Positions 18,302 through 27,973 are shown, numbered from the stretch's first letter. The stretch: DNA of 64,000 nucleotides from Roseibacillus sp. (GCA_051251855.1 JBPOGI010000001.1:1152001-1216000); one strand, 5' to 3'. Program-made: numbers and translations. Notes: generated from the sequence alone by a model not told the origin.

Positions 18302-21139
18302 ATGACCGAAGCACCCGAGCCCAACCGCCTCTTTCTCCTCGATGGTATGGCCCTCGTCTACCGCGCCCACTTTGCCCTCATTCGCAACCCCATCATGAAC
18401 TCCAAGGGCGTAAACACCTCCGCCCTCTTCGGATTCACCAATACTCTTCTCTCCATTATCCAAAACGAGAAGCCCACCCACCTCGCGGTTGCATGGGACA
18501 CCTCAGCCCCCACTCCTCGTCACGTAAAGTATCCCGAATACAAAGCCAACCGCGACGAGATGCCGGACGAGCTCCGCACCGCCATCCCTGCCTGCAAAGA
18601 ACTCTGCAAAGCCTTCGCCATCCCACTGCTCGAAATCGATGGCTACGAAGCAGACGACCTCATCGGAACCCTCGCCAAGACAGCAGACGACAAAGGCGAC
18701 TACCACACCTTCATGGTCACCCCCGACAAAGATTTTGCCCAGCTCATCTCTCCCAGAGCCACCATGTGGAAGCCCGGCCGCAAAGGCTCCGAATTCGAAG
18801 CCATCACACCCAAGCAGCTCCCCGAAATCTGGGGCGTGGAAGAGCCGCACCAAATCATCGACCTCCTCGGCCTCATGGGGGACGCCTCCGACAACATCCC
18901 CGGAGTCCCTGGCATCGGTCCCAAGACCGCAGTCAAACTCATCGCACAATTTGGTTCCATCGAGGAACTCCTCCAAAACACCGACAAGCTCAAAGGAAAG
19001 CAGAAGGAAAACGTCGAGAACAACAAAGAGAACGCGATCCTCTCCAAAGACCTCGCCACCATCATCCGCGACGCTCCCCTCGACGTCACTTTCGAAGACC
19101 TCGTCCTCAGTCCCTACAACGAAGAAGCCATTCAGAAAATTTTCGCCGAATACGAATTCCGCACCCTCGCCACCCGCCTCTTCGGCAAAGGAGCGCGGAG
19201 CACCAGCTCCGCCCCAGCAGAAACGTCCTCCTCCGAAGAACTCCCCACCCTCAAAACCCTCGCCGACACCAAGGCCAACTACATCCTCGTCAATTCCCCC
19301 GCCCTCGAAAAAGACCTCTTCGCCGCCCTCGAATCCGCCGACAGCTACTGCTTCGACCTCGAAACAACCTCCCTCGACCGCTTCGAGTCCAAAATCCTCG
19401 GCATCGCTTTCGCCCTCGAAACCGGCACCGCCTACTACCTTCCCTACAACCGCGTCCATCACGCGCGCCTGCAGGAACTTTTCTCCCAGCCCACCCAAAA
19501 GATCGGCCACAACCTCAAGTTCGATCTCCACATTCTCAACAGTCACGGCTTTACCGTCGCCGGTCCCTTCTTCGACACCATGATAGTCCACGCCTTGCTC
19601 TACCCCGAGCAGCGTCACACCATGGACCGCCTCGCCGAGAATCTTCTCAGCTATCAAACCATCAAGCTCACCGACCTCGCGGCCAAAGCCCAGGAAGAAG
19701 CCGAGGCCAAGAAAGCCAAAGAAGCAGCCGAAGAGGATCTCTTCTCTCTCGCCGCCACGAAGGAAAAGAAAAAGCCAGCCTCCAAGAAAGTCGAGATCGA
19801 CATGAAGGCCATCCCTCTGGAAGACCTCGCCGAATACGCCGCTGAGGATGCCGACATCACCCTTCAACTCGCTCATCTCCTCCGCCCACTGTTAGAAGAA
19901 AACAAACTCACCGAAGTCTACCAAACCATCGAAGCCCCTCTTCTCCCTGTCCTGGTGCAAATGGAAGCCGAAGGCATCGCCCTCGCGCCTGACCTCCTCG
20001 CCGAAGTCGGAGTCGACCTGACCAACCGCATCGACAATCTTTCCCAAACCATCACCGCCGCCGCAGGGCAAGAGTTTAACCTCAACTCCCCCAAGCAACT
20101 GGGCGAAATCCTCTTTGAAAAACTCAAACTGGTCGATAAACCTAAGAAGACCAAGACCGGTCAATACAGCACCAACGAGCAAACCCTTTCCCTCCTCGCC
20201 GTAGAGCACCCCATCGCCGCCGATATCCTCCTTTACCGTCAAGCCACCAAGCTCAAGTCCACCTACGTCGATGCCCTCCCCAACGACATCGCCCCCCACG
20301 ACAACCGCATCCACACCCACCTCCACCAACACGTCGCCGCCACCGGTCGCCTCGCCTCCAGCGACCCCAATCTGCAGAACATCCCCGTCCGTAGCGACCT
20401 CGGCCGCGAAATCCGCAAAGCCTTCGTCCCTCGCGACACCTTCACCCTCCTCGCCGCCGACTACTCCCAAATCGAGCTCCGCATCATGGCCGCCCTCTCT
20501 GGCGACCCCTCCATGATTGCCGCTTTCCAAAACGACCGCGACATCCACACCGAGACCGCCGCCAAGGTTTTCGGAGTTTCCAGCGAAGAAGTCACTAGCG
20601 ACCAACGCCGCACCGCCAAGATGGTCAACTTCGGCATCATCTACGGCATCTCTGCCTTCGGACTCTCCCAACGCCTCGCCATTCCCCGCGCTGAAGCCTC
20701 CGAAATCATCGAAGCCTACTGGAAAGAGTATCCCAGAATCAAAGACTTCATGAACGCCACCATCGAGTCGGCCAAAGAACTGGGCTACACCGAGACCATC
20801 AGCGGACGCCGCCGCTACTTCCCCGAAATCAACTCCGGCAACGGCACCGTGCGCGCCAATGCCGAACGCGCCGCCATCAACACTCCCATTCAAGGAACCG
20901 CCGCCGACATGATCAAGCTCGCCATGATCGAAACCGCCGAACTGCTCACCAAGCAAGAGACCCAATCAAAAATGCTCCTCCAAGTGCACGACGAACTCCT
21001 CTTCGACCTTCACGACAGCGAAGCCGAAACCCTCCCCGCCCAAATCGTCACCACCATGGAAGAAGCCCTCGTCCTCCCCAACGACGTCCCAATCAAAGTC
21101 GAAGTCGGCACCGGCCAAACATGGCTCGAAGCCCACTAA
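18302..21139 (+). CDS. polA: DNA polymerase I
   Basis: 5'-3' exo (LLDGMALVYRAHFA, EADD, GDASDNIPGVPGIG), 3'-5' exo (FDLET, GHNLKFD, YAAEDAD), polymerase motifs DYSQIELR, KMVNFGIIYG, QVHDE. Confidence 0.98.
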   Translation: MTEAPEPNRLFLLDGMALVYRAHFALIRNPIMNSKGVNTSALFGFTNTLLSIIQNEKPTHLAVAWDTSAPTPRHVKYPEYKANRDEMPDELRTAIPACKELCKAFAIPLLEIDGYEADDLIGTLAKTADDKGDYHTFMVTPDKDFAQLISPRATMWKPGRKGSEFEAITPKQLPEIWGVEEPHQIIDLLGLMGDASDNIPGVPGIGPKTAVKLIAQFGSIEELLQNTDKLKGKQKENVENNKENAILSKDLATIIRDAPLDVTFEDLVLSPYNEEAIQKIFAEYEFRTLATRLFGKGARSTSSAPAETSSSEELPTLKTLADTKANYILVNSPALEKDLFAALESADSYCFDLETTSLDRFESKILGIAFALETGTAYYLPYNRVHHARLQELFSQPTQKIGHNLKFDLHILNSHGFTVAGPFFDTMIVHALLYPEQRHTMDRLAENLLSYQTIKLTDLAAKAQEEAEAKKAKEAAEEDLFSLAATKEKKKPASKKVEIDMKAIPLEDLAEYAAEDADITLQLAHLLRPLLEENKLTEVYQTIEAPLLPVLVQMEAEGIALAPDLLAEVGVDLTNRIDNLSQTITAAAGQEFNLNSPKQLGEILFEKLKLVDKPKKTKTGQYSTNEQTLSLLAVEHPIAADILLYRQATKLKSTYVDALPNDIAPHDNRIHTHLHQHVAATGRLASSDPNLQNIPVRSDLGREIRKAFVPRDTFTLLAADYSQIELRIMAALSGDPSMIAAFQNDRDIHTETAAKVFGVSSEEVTSDQRRTAKMVNFGIIYGISAFGLSQRLAIPRAEASEIIEAYWKEYPRIKDFMNATIESAKELGYTETISGRRRYFPEINSGNGTVRANAERAAINTPIQGTAADMIKLAMIETAELLTKQETQSKMLLQVHDELLFDLHDSEAETLPAQIVTTMEEALVLPNDVPIKVEVGTGQTWLEAH

Positions 21140-21226
21140 AAGAAGGACCTCAAATGCCCACACTCGCCGCTACGTCATGCCCCACAGCCTTCTGGACTTC
21201 AAATCCCGAAATGCCATCCTCGCGGA

Positions 21227-23386
21227 ATGACTCTCCGCAACATCCTCCCAACCATCACTCTCATAGTCGGGATTGCTTTGGGACTCATGGGAGCAAGGAC
21301 CTTCCCTTCCTCCGGACAAACCTCCAACACCTCCGCTCACACCAAATCTAACGCACAAAACTCCTCGAGATTCAGAAATCCTTCTCACGCCCAAGCCAAC
21401 AAAACCTCCCCTTCAAGCAATATCTTTACCGGTTCCGCAGAAGATCTTCTCGCCCTCCTTCCAGCCAACAACACGTGGATTCCGACTGTTCGGTTTCTCT
21501 CCACCGTCGAAAGACTGCCCCAAGAACAGGTCGAAACTTTGTTAGAGGAACTGCAAAGCGCCTCCCGTTCGGAGGGGGTTAGGATGGCTGAAAACACCCT
21601 CATCCGTCGCTGGGCTCAACTTGATCCCGAAGGGGCATTTACTGCTACCCAAAGCTTTGACCCTAAAAAAATCAGATTCGATCTCATTGCGACCGTCACG
21701 ACAGAGATGGCTTCACAGAATCTCGAACGATCCATTTCCTATGCGGACACTCTCACCAACAAGCTTGAGAAAAAACTCTTTTTGGAGGGGATAGCAAAGG
21801 CCATCACCGAGCAAGACGCTGAACGGGCCCTTAAACTTTTCGCGCAGGCAATCAAAGAAGATTCATCTACCGGAACCATGTCTCAGTCCTCTTCGCACTA
21901 CTCTAACATGACCTATTTAGCTTGGCTAAAACAGGACCCAAACGCCGCTATCGCAGCAGTCGCAGGAATTGAAGACCCTGCCAAACGTTTTCAAAATCAG
22001 AAGAATTTTGCACGCGCACTTGCAACAAGAGATCCGGAGAAAGCTCTCTCTTTAGCTTTGAGTTTGAAAGGAACTGAGCGACTTGAATTGCTGGATGGTG
22101 TGATTACAAATACGGCCCGTAAGGACCCTCAGAAAGCTCTCACTTTTCTCAAGGAAATTCCTGACGGCCCGAAGAGAGACGACGCTCTCAACAGTCTGTA
22201 TAATAGTTGGTTAAAAAAAGATCCCGAACAGGCCCAGGCTTGGATGCAAGCGCTCCCAAAAAAGGAACAAGCAAAGGTTCTTCGAGAAAGTATCAATCAT
22301 CTGGCCAAGCACGATATCGAAGGAGCGCTCGACCTCTTGGATAGCTTTCCTCCCAGCGCTGATACTCCGGGCCATTATTCAAGTCTCATTGACCGCTGGG
22401 CTGATTCTGATCCTGTGGCAGCTCAAGCATGGGTTGAGCAACTGCCTCCCGGGCCGGCCCGAGAATCAGCCTTGGATGAACTCGTAGAGCACCTCACGAT
22501 AAAGAAGCCTTCTCAAGCCGCCTCTCTCCTCGCGGGAGAACTCATCAATAGCGGGAATAGCCGCGATGTCTCCCAAATCGCCGAGAAGTGGGTTCTCACC
22601 GATCCAGACGCCACCTTAGCTTGGTTAGGCTCTCTGAAAGCCTCCGGAACGACCCGACAAACCTTCATTGCAGAAACCATCTATCACCTCGCTGAGAAAG
22701 AACCCGCAAAAGCCGCGGCCTATACCCTCGACATCGAGGATCCTAAAGTCCGTGAAGGAGCAATCAAGTCACTTGTCTTTGGATGGGGGGAGCAAGATTT
22801 GGAAAGCGCCAAAACTTGGATCAAAGCCCATCTCACAAAATCCGAACAAGCGAGCGCTCATAGCTCCTTGATCAGAAAACTCAGTTACAAGGAACCAGCC
22901 AAAGCCCTCGCGCTTCTCGAAGAAGCATCTCGAGGGCTCGCCCCTGAGGAAATTAGAACGCATTTCAGTCGTAACATGAGTGCTATTGCCACTTCTTGGG
23001 CCGGGACCGATCCTGCCGCTGCAGCCTCATGGGCACAGGGCCAAACTGACCCCAAGGACCGGCAAACATTGATAGCCAAGGTGGTCGACAAGTGGGCTCG
23101 ATATGACACCACTAGCGCCGCCAATTTTGTGCTCACTCTCGACGAAGGCGGGGAACGCGATTCCGCGATCAAGAACTTAGCTAAGGATCTCGCTCGGTGG
23201 GATCCCGAGTCAGCCTTCCTCTGGGCGGATAGTGCCGCAGATGAGAAAGCCCGCGAAAGCATCATCCGTTCCACTATCAACACTTGGAAGCAATCCAATC
23301 CCGAAGCCGCCCGAGAGGCCGTTCTCGGAGCCAACATCACCGAGGAGCAAAGAGCCAGCATCCTCAAAGGATTCAAATCGAACTAA
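21227..23386 (+). CDS. Large membrane-anchored helical-repeat hypothetical protein
   Basis: N-terminal anchor and more than ten W-x3-DP-x-AA repeats, same style as 8128-9438. Confidence 0.8.
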   Translation: MTLRNILPTITLIVGIALGLMGARTFPSSGQTSNTSAHTKSNAQNSSRFRNPSHAQANKTSPSSNIFTGSAEDLLALLPANNTWIPTVRFLSTVERLPQEQVETLLEELQSASRSEGVRMAENTLIRRWAQLDPEGAFTATQSFDPKKIRFDLIATVTTEMASQNLERSISYADTLTNKLEKKLFLEGIAKAITEQDAERALKLFAQAIKEDSSTGTMSQSSSHYSNMTYLAWLKQDPNAAIAAVAGIEDPAKRFQNQKNFARALATRDPEKALSLALSLKGTERLELLDGVITNTARKDPQKALTFLKEIPDGPKRDDALNSLYNSWLKKDPEQAQAWMQALPKKEQAKVLRESINHLAKHDIEGALDLLDSFPPSADTPGHYSSLIDRWADSDPVAAQAWVEQLPPGPARESALDELVEHLTIKKPSQAASLLAGELINSGNSRDVSQIAEKWVLTDPDATLAWLGSLKASGTTRQTFIAETIYHLAEKEPAKAAAYTLDIEDPKVREGAIKSLVFGWGEQDLESAKTWIKAHLTKSEQASAHSSLIRKLSYKEPAKALALLEEASRGLAPEEIRTHFSRNMSAIATSWAGTDPAAAASWAQGQTDPKDRQTLIAKVVDKWARYDTTSAANFVLTLDEGGERDSAIKNLAKDLARWDPESAFLWADSAADEKARESIIRSTINTWKQSNPEAAREAVLGANITEEQRASILKGFKSN

Positions 23387-23388
23387 GG

Positions 23389-23513
23389 CGAGCTCTTTCG
23401 TAGTTGAATTGGCCGCAAACTCAGCAGCCCTTGCTAACGCTCAACTTCCAAGAAGGCATTTACGATAGAAAGAAGCCACAAGTAAGGAACTTGTCCCAAC
23501 TACGAACAGCTCG
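23389..23513. repeat. 125-bp element bounded by imperfect inverted repeats
   Basis: CGAGCTCTTTCGTAGTTG (23389-23406) vs CAACTACGAACAGCTCG (23497-23513); internal hairpin ACAAGT-AAGGA-ACTTGT. Confidence 0.5.
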
Positions 23514-23681
23514 ACTGAACCCACGAAAATCACAACTTGCTAGTTTCGCAAAGGGGTCAGATCTAACATTTCTAGAAATGCTGAGCTCTATATCATGATC
23601 GAAATGCGTTACGAAAACCATGCTGACAAAGCTTGAAAAGGCGGCTTGTTTGGGGGGGGGAATACTTGATATGAATCAGCC

Positions 23682-24986
23682 ATGACCTCATTCCAATTTC
23701 TACGCTCATTGTGCACTCTCTGTAGCATAGGCCTCGCCACCCAATTGACCCTTCTTGCCGCAGATCCTACTCCAGAGCGGGACTGGAACTCCAAGGCTGG
23801 CACGACGATCAAAGCGGTAGCTCAGACGGTTGAAAAGAAGACTGTTTCTTTGGTTACCACTGATGGCCGGACTCTGAAGGTCCCACTCGACAAGCTTACC
23901 AATGAGGACCAAGCGTTCCTCATTGAGCACTTTTCCATTGCGATGCCCAAGCCAGGTGAAGCCTTTGGCAGTGATTTAGCCCCAGCCAGTGGACTCCCGC
24001 AAGATTTGGGTGAATCGGCAGCTCCGATTGTCGCGAGCAGCACTTCCAAATACCTTATTTATTTACCGACTACTCTTAAGGAAGGCCGCTCTGCGCCTCT
24101 CCTCTTTTGGACTCATTCTGGCGGTGGCAGCCCCAAAATCTTGAACCACATGAAGCGCGGTGCAGAGTTCAATGGTTGGATCGTCGCCTGTTCAATGGAG
24201 TCTCGAAATAACAATGGTTTCGAGCAGAACCACGAGAACACGAAAGACTGTCTCAAGCACATCAAAGAGAACTTCCCCATCGATCCAGACCGCATCTATT
24301 TCACGGGATCGTCGGGTGGTGCCGCAACCGCGTTCTACAACGCAGTTCATCTTCCCCATGCCGGAGTCCTTTCCTCTGTCGGCTATCTCAATGGAGGAAC
24401 CCCTTCCGGCGGCGACTACTTCATTTCGGGAGGAGCTTATGACTTTAACCGCTATATTTCTGCACGTGCCGGGAAAATGGTCGGAGAAAGAAAGAGCACT
24501 CTTCGCTATCACCCAAAAGGACACGGTGTCGTTCCCGATTGGCTCATCAACGACGGAATGCTCTGGCTCAATCTTCGCTATCTTGAGGGCAAAGAGAAGA
24601 AGATGACCGCCGAGTGCCAAGACTTTGAGTTCCAAACCTTAGCTTGGCTTAACGAGCGCCGCGCCGAACACCCTCACCGAGCATACCATGCCGCCTTACA
24701 AATAACTCAGGCGCTTGAGATTTCGGACCACAACGCCCCCTTCTTCGAAAAGATGATGTCTGAGCTAGGGACGGAGCTGAATAAACGCTACGTTGAGGGC
24801 CTTGAAGAAATGGAAGATTTTGGACGTTCCAAGTTAGAACCTTATGGGGATTCATCTCAGATGAAGCATACCACTCCTCAGCTAGAAGCTGCTGCTCAGA
24901 AACTCTCCACAAAATACGCAGGCGTCCCCGAGATCGAAGAGCTCGCCCTCTTGCTAGGCCGGATCACTGATAAGCTTGGGAAGTAA
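23682..24986 (+). CDS. Secreted SHD1-like domain plus alpha/beta-hydrolase protein
   Basis: RDWNSKAGTTIKA..VPLDKLTNEDQAFL (SHD1-like); IDPDRIYFTGSSGGA nucleophile elbow; HPKGH. Confidence 0.75.
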   Translation: MTSFQFLRSLCTLCSIGLATQLTLLAADPTPERDWNSKAGTTIKAVAQTVEKKTVSLVTTDGRTLKVPLDKLTNEDQAFLIEHFSIAMPKPGEAFGSDLAPASGLPQDLGESAAPIVASSTSKYLIYLPTTLKEGRSAPLLFWTHSGGGSPKILNHMKRGAEFNGWIVACSMESRNNNGFEQNHENTKDCLKHIKENFPIDPDRIYFTGSSGGAATAFYNAVHLPHAGVLSSVGYLNGGTPSGGDYFISGGAYDFNRYISARAGKMVGERKSTLRYHPKGHGVVPDWLINDGMLWLNLRYLEGKEKKMTAECQDFEFQTLAWLNERRAEHPHRAYHAALQITQALEISDHNAPFFEKMMSELGTELNKRYVEGLEEMEDFGRSKLEPYGDSSQMKHTTPQLEAAAQKLSTKYAGVPEIEELALLLGRITDKLGK

Positions 24987-25046
24987 GCCGTAAGCTCAAA
25001 GTGAATCTACTCCCCTTGACGACGTAACTCGGTGAGGGACAACCCC

Positions 25047-25077
25047 AAAAAAACCGACTCCACAAATCGTGGGTCGG
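25047..25077 (-). terminator. Intrinsic terminator of the TlpA-like gene
   Basis: CCGAC-T-CCAC-AAATC-GTGG-GTCGG with A7 on its left (U7 on the minus strand). Confidence 0.7.
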
Positions 25078-25125
25078 CTCCCCTTCTTCTCCTCAATGAG
25101 GCCGGAGAGACCGGTTACCTCTGGG

Positions 25126-25620
25126 TCACTTCTTGCCAGAAGTAGCCGCTTTTAGAGCTTTATCGAAAGCTCGATCCATAATCCCTTGGAAGATTAAAAC
25201 TCCTGCTTCGTCGATGATCATGACCTTAGGTGACTTTCCTCCATCCAGAAATTCTCCAAACTTCTCTTTGTCGTATTTAATCCCTTTTTCGTGATAGACG
25301 GGGAGCCTCAAGTCTAAGGCTTCAGCGGTAGCCTTTCCCTTGGCTGGCTTGTCTGCTTTGTGAGCGACAAGAAAGGTCGCGCCACTGCTCTTCTTCCGAC
25401 GGGCCAGTTTCTCAAACTGAGGAAGGCCCGCGTTGCATGCTTGTCAGTGCGAAGGCCATGAGGCCAACACGACGACTTTCCCGTCAATATCCGAACGCTC
25501 CAACTCAGGGCCAAACAGGTGCTGCTTAAGAGTAATATAGGAATTCTTCCCTTCGACATTTTCCTCTGCTGAAATCGAAGCAGATAGAAATGCGAATACG
25601 AAGATGGGTAACAATTTCAT
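25126..25620 (-). CDS. Secreted TlpA/ResA-like thioredoxin-fold protein, candidate selenoprotein (UxxC)
   Basis: ORFs 25444-25650 and 25126-25311 share a frame and join through one TGA (25444-25446): GKVVVLASWPSH-U-QACNAGLPQFEKLARR..SPKVMIIDEAGVLIFQG; 164 aa from ATG 25620. Confidence 0.85.
25399..25431 (-). promoter_or_regulatory. Candidate SECIS hairpin inside the TlpA-like CDS
   Basis: GCGGGC-CUUCCU-CAGUUU-GAG-AAACUG-GCCCGU beginning 13 nt after the TGA; apical loop starts with G at +31. Confidence 0.55.
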
Positions 25621-25736
25621 TAACTTCATCTTCTTTAAAATAGGCCGCATCCCCCTACTGAAAAGCTTAAAATGAGTTCAACCTCGATACCTAGACCACC
25701 ATCCGTATTCGAATTTGGCGTAGCGCCAATTTCAAA

Positions 25737-26855
25737 GTGACGATAGTTCGATCTTCGACGAAACCAACCCTCGCTTTCTCACCAATTCCAAAATGCGTTC
25801 TCGATTCTCATTGCGAAAATACGGGAAGGGCTGACTCTGTGGACATCGTGAAAGACGTCGTCGACATCAACCGCCCTTCCCCGCAGGCCCTTCTGCAGAA
25901 AATTGCCCGATTCGGGTTCATTCCCGTGGCCATCATCCTTCTTGGCCTTATCGCCATTTTCACCTCCATTTACCAAGTTCCGGCCGACTCCAATGCGGTC
26001 ATCCTTCGTTTTGGAAAGTATACCAAGACCGTCGACCGCGGACTCCATTTCAAGATGCCCTTCGGCATCGACCGTAAATACGTCATTCCCGTCCGCCGCC
26101 AGCTTAAGATGGAATTCGGATTCGGCACCGCAGGTTCAACGAATCGCTACCAATGGGCTTCGCGTCAGGTGCAGGCCGAAGAAATGTCCATGATCACCGG
26201 CGACCGCAACGCCGCCCTCGTCGAATGGGTAGTGCAATACCGCATCGATGACGCTCAGAGTTACCTCTTCCGGGTCCGCAATCCTGAAATGACCTTGCGA
26301 CATGCTTCTGAATCCGTGATGCGTGAAGTAGTCGGCGACCGCACCGTCGACGAAGTCATCACCATCGGCCGCCAAGGCATCGAAGTTGAAGCAGTGGAAA
26401 AACTACAAGCCCTCGTCAACGATTACGGACTCGGCTTCGGCATCACCCAAGTGCAGCTCAAAAACATCAACCCTCCCCGCGCCGTTCAAGCCTCCTTCAA
26501 CGAAGTCAACCAAGCGCAGCAAGAACGAGACCGCATGGTCAACATTGCTCGTGGTGAATACAACAAGAAGGTCCCCCGCGCCAAGGGTGTGGCCGACCAA
26601 AAGGTGGCCGAAGCCGAGGGCCAAGCCACCCAGCGAATCAACGAAGCTACCGGTGATGCCGAGCGCTTCCTCGCTCTCTTTACCGAATACGAAAAGGCCC
26701 CCGACATTACCCGCGAGCGCCTTTACCTAGAACGCATGAAAGAAGTGCTTCCCAATATCAAAAGCAAAATCATTATCGACGGAGAAACCGGCAACGCCCC
26801 TCTCCCTCTTCTCCACCTCGGCGGAGAAGCAACTCAACTGAAAGGAAATCAATAG
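25737..26855 (+). CDS. hflK: FtsH modulator HflK
   Basis: SPFH domain, MITGDRN, VQASFNEVNQAQQE, YEKAPDITRERLYLE. True start is probably downstream (GTG near 25848). Confidence 0.95.
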   Translation: MTIVRSSTKPTLAFSPIPKCVLDSHCENTGRADSVDIVKDVVDINRPSPQALLQKIARFGFIPVAIILLGLIAIFTSIYQVPADSNAVILRFGKYTKTVDRGLHFKMPFGIDRKYVIPVRRQLKMEFGFGTAGSTNRYQWASRQVQAEEMSMITGDRNAALVEWVVQYRIDDAQSYLFRVRNPEMTLRHASESVMREVVGDRTVDEVITIGRQGIEVEAVEKLQALVNDYGLGFGITQVQLKNINPPRAVQASFNEVNQAQQERDRMVNIARGEYNKKVPRAKGVADQKVAEAEGQATQRINEATGDAERFLALFTEYEKAPDITRERLYLERMKEVLPNIKSKIIIDGETGNAPLPLLHLGGEATQLKGNQ

Positions 26856-26856
26856 A

Positions 26857-27933
26857 ATGAAACGAGGACTCTACGCCTTCATCGGCCTCATTGTTGTGCT
26901 GGTGCTCTTAGTCGCAACTGGCTCCTTCTTTACTGTTCGAGAAGACCGTCAGGTCATCCTGACTCAGTTTGGAAAACCCATGGGCGATCCTATCGTCGAG
27001 CCTGGGCTCAAATTCAAGCTCCCCTTCATTCAGGTCGCCAACCAAATGGAAAAGCGCGTGCTCGAGTGGGACGGTCAAAGCACCCAGATGCCCACTCGGG
27101 ACAAACTGTATATCAAGGTCGACACCTTCGCTCGTTGGGAGATTGAAAACCCGCTCGAATACTTTGAGAAACTGCGAGACGAGCGAAGCGCCAAGTCTCG
27201 TCTTGATGACATTTTGGGAAGTGAAACTCGCAACATGGTCGCCAAACACGACCTCATCGAAATCATCCGAAGCACCAAAGGTCGCGAACCTCAGCAGCAA
27301 GAGGACATCGGGGAAATTCTTGGCGAGCAAGGAACTCTCGAGCCCATTCGGATCGGCCGCAGTGCCATCGAAAAAGAAATTCATACCGCAGCGAAGGGGA
27401 AGCTCGAAGACTTCGGCATCCGCTTGTTAGATGTTCGCTTCAAGCGCATCAACTACACCTCTGCCGTGGAGAGCCGCATCTTCGAGCGCATGATTTCTGA
27501 GCGTCAGCAAATCGCGGAGCGCTTCCGCTCCGAGGGAGCTGGTGAAGCCGCCCGTATTCTCGGAAACATGGAAAAAGAAGTTCGCACCATCGACTCCGAA
27601 GCTTACAAGCGCATTCAAACCGAACTCGGTCGTGCTGATGCCGAGTCCACCCGCATCTATGCCGAAGCCTATGGCGCCACTTCCCAGCAGGAAGAATTCT
27701 ACAGCTTCACCAAAACCCTGGAAGCCTATCAGGAAATTCTTGGTAAAGATACTTCGCTCATTCTCTCCACAGACAGCGACCTTTTCCAAATGCTCAAAGG
27801 GCATTCGAAGAAGCCCGAGGTCAAAGCGGTTTCTGCCCCCGCCCCTGTGAAAAAGAAAGCTCCGCGACCTCCAGCGGTTGTTCCTCAGCCCCAAGTGGAA
27901 GACACACCTCCACTATCGATTAGCGAAGAGTAA
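26857..27933 (+). CDS. hflC: FtsH modulator HflC
   Basis: QFGKP..PGLKFKLPFIQ, FERMISERQQIAERFRSEG, FYSFTKTLEAY; immediately follows hflK. Confidence 0.95.
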   Translation: MKRGLYAFIGLIVVLVLLVATGSFFTVREDRQVILTQFGKPMGDPIVEPGLKFKLPFIQVANQMEKRVLEWDGQSTQMPTRDKLYIKVDTFARWEIENPLEYFEKLRDERSAKSRLDDILGSETRNMVAKHDLIEIIRSTKGREPQQQEDIGEILGEQGTLEPIRIGRSAIEKEIHTAAKGKLEDFGIRLLDVRFKRINYTSAVESRIFERMISERQQIAERFRSEGAGEAARILGNMEKEVRTIDSEAYKRIQTELGRADAESTRIYAEAYGATSQQEEFYSFTKTLEAYQEILGKDTSLILSTDSDLFQMLKGHSKKPEVKAVSAPAPVKKKAPRPPAVVPQPQVEDTPPLSISEE

Positions 27934-27973
27934 TTCAATTGAACGTAAGTCAGGCCTCCGGCCAACAAGTATG

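Noticed and set aside
18157..20965. Long alternative-frame and antisense ORFs over polA (562, 457, 357, 314 aa)
   Set aside because: Shadows of strong third-position C bias; low-complexity translations with no motifs.
23404..23598. 64-aa plus-strand ORF in the intergenic gap
   Set aside because: TTG start, no motif, overlaps the inverted-repeat element.
25314..25559. 81-aa minus-strand ORF suggesting a frameshifted gene
   Set aside because: In-frame TGA read-through explains the region with correct thioredoxin motifs; no frameshift is needed.
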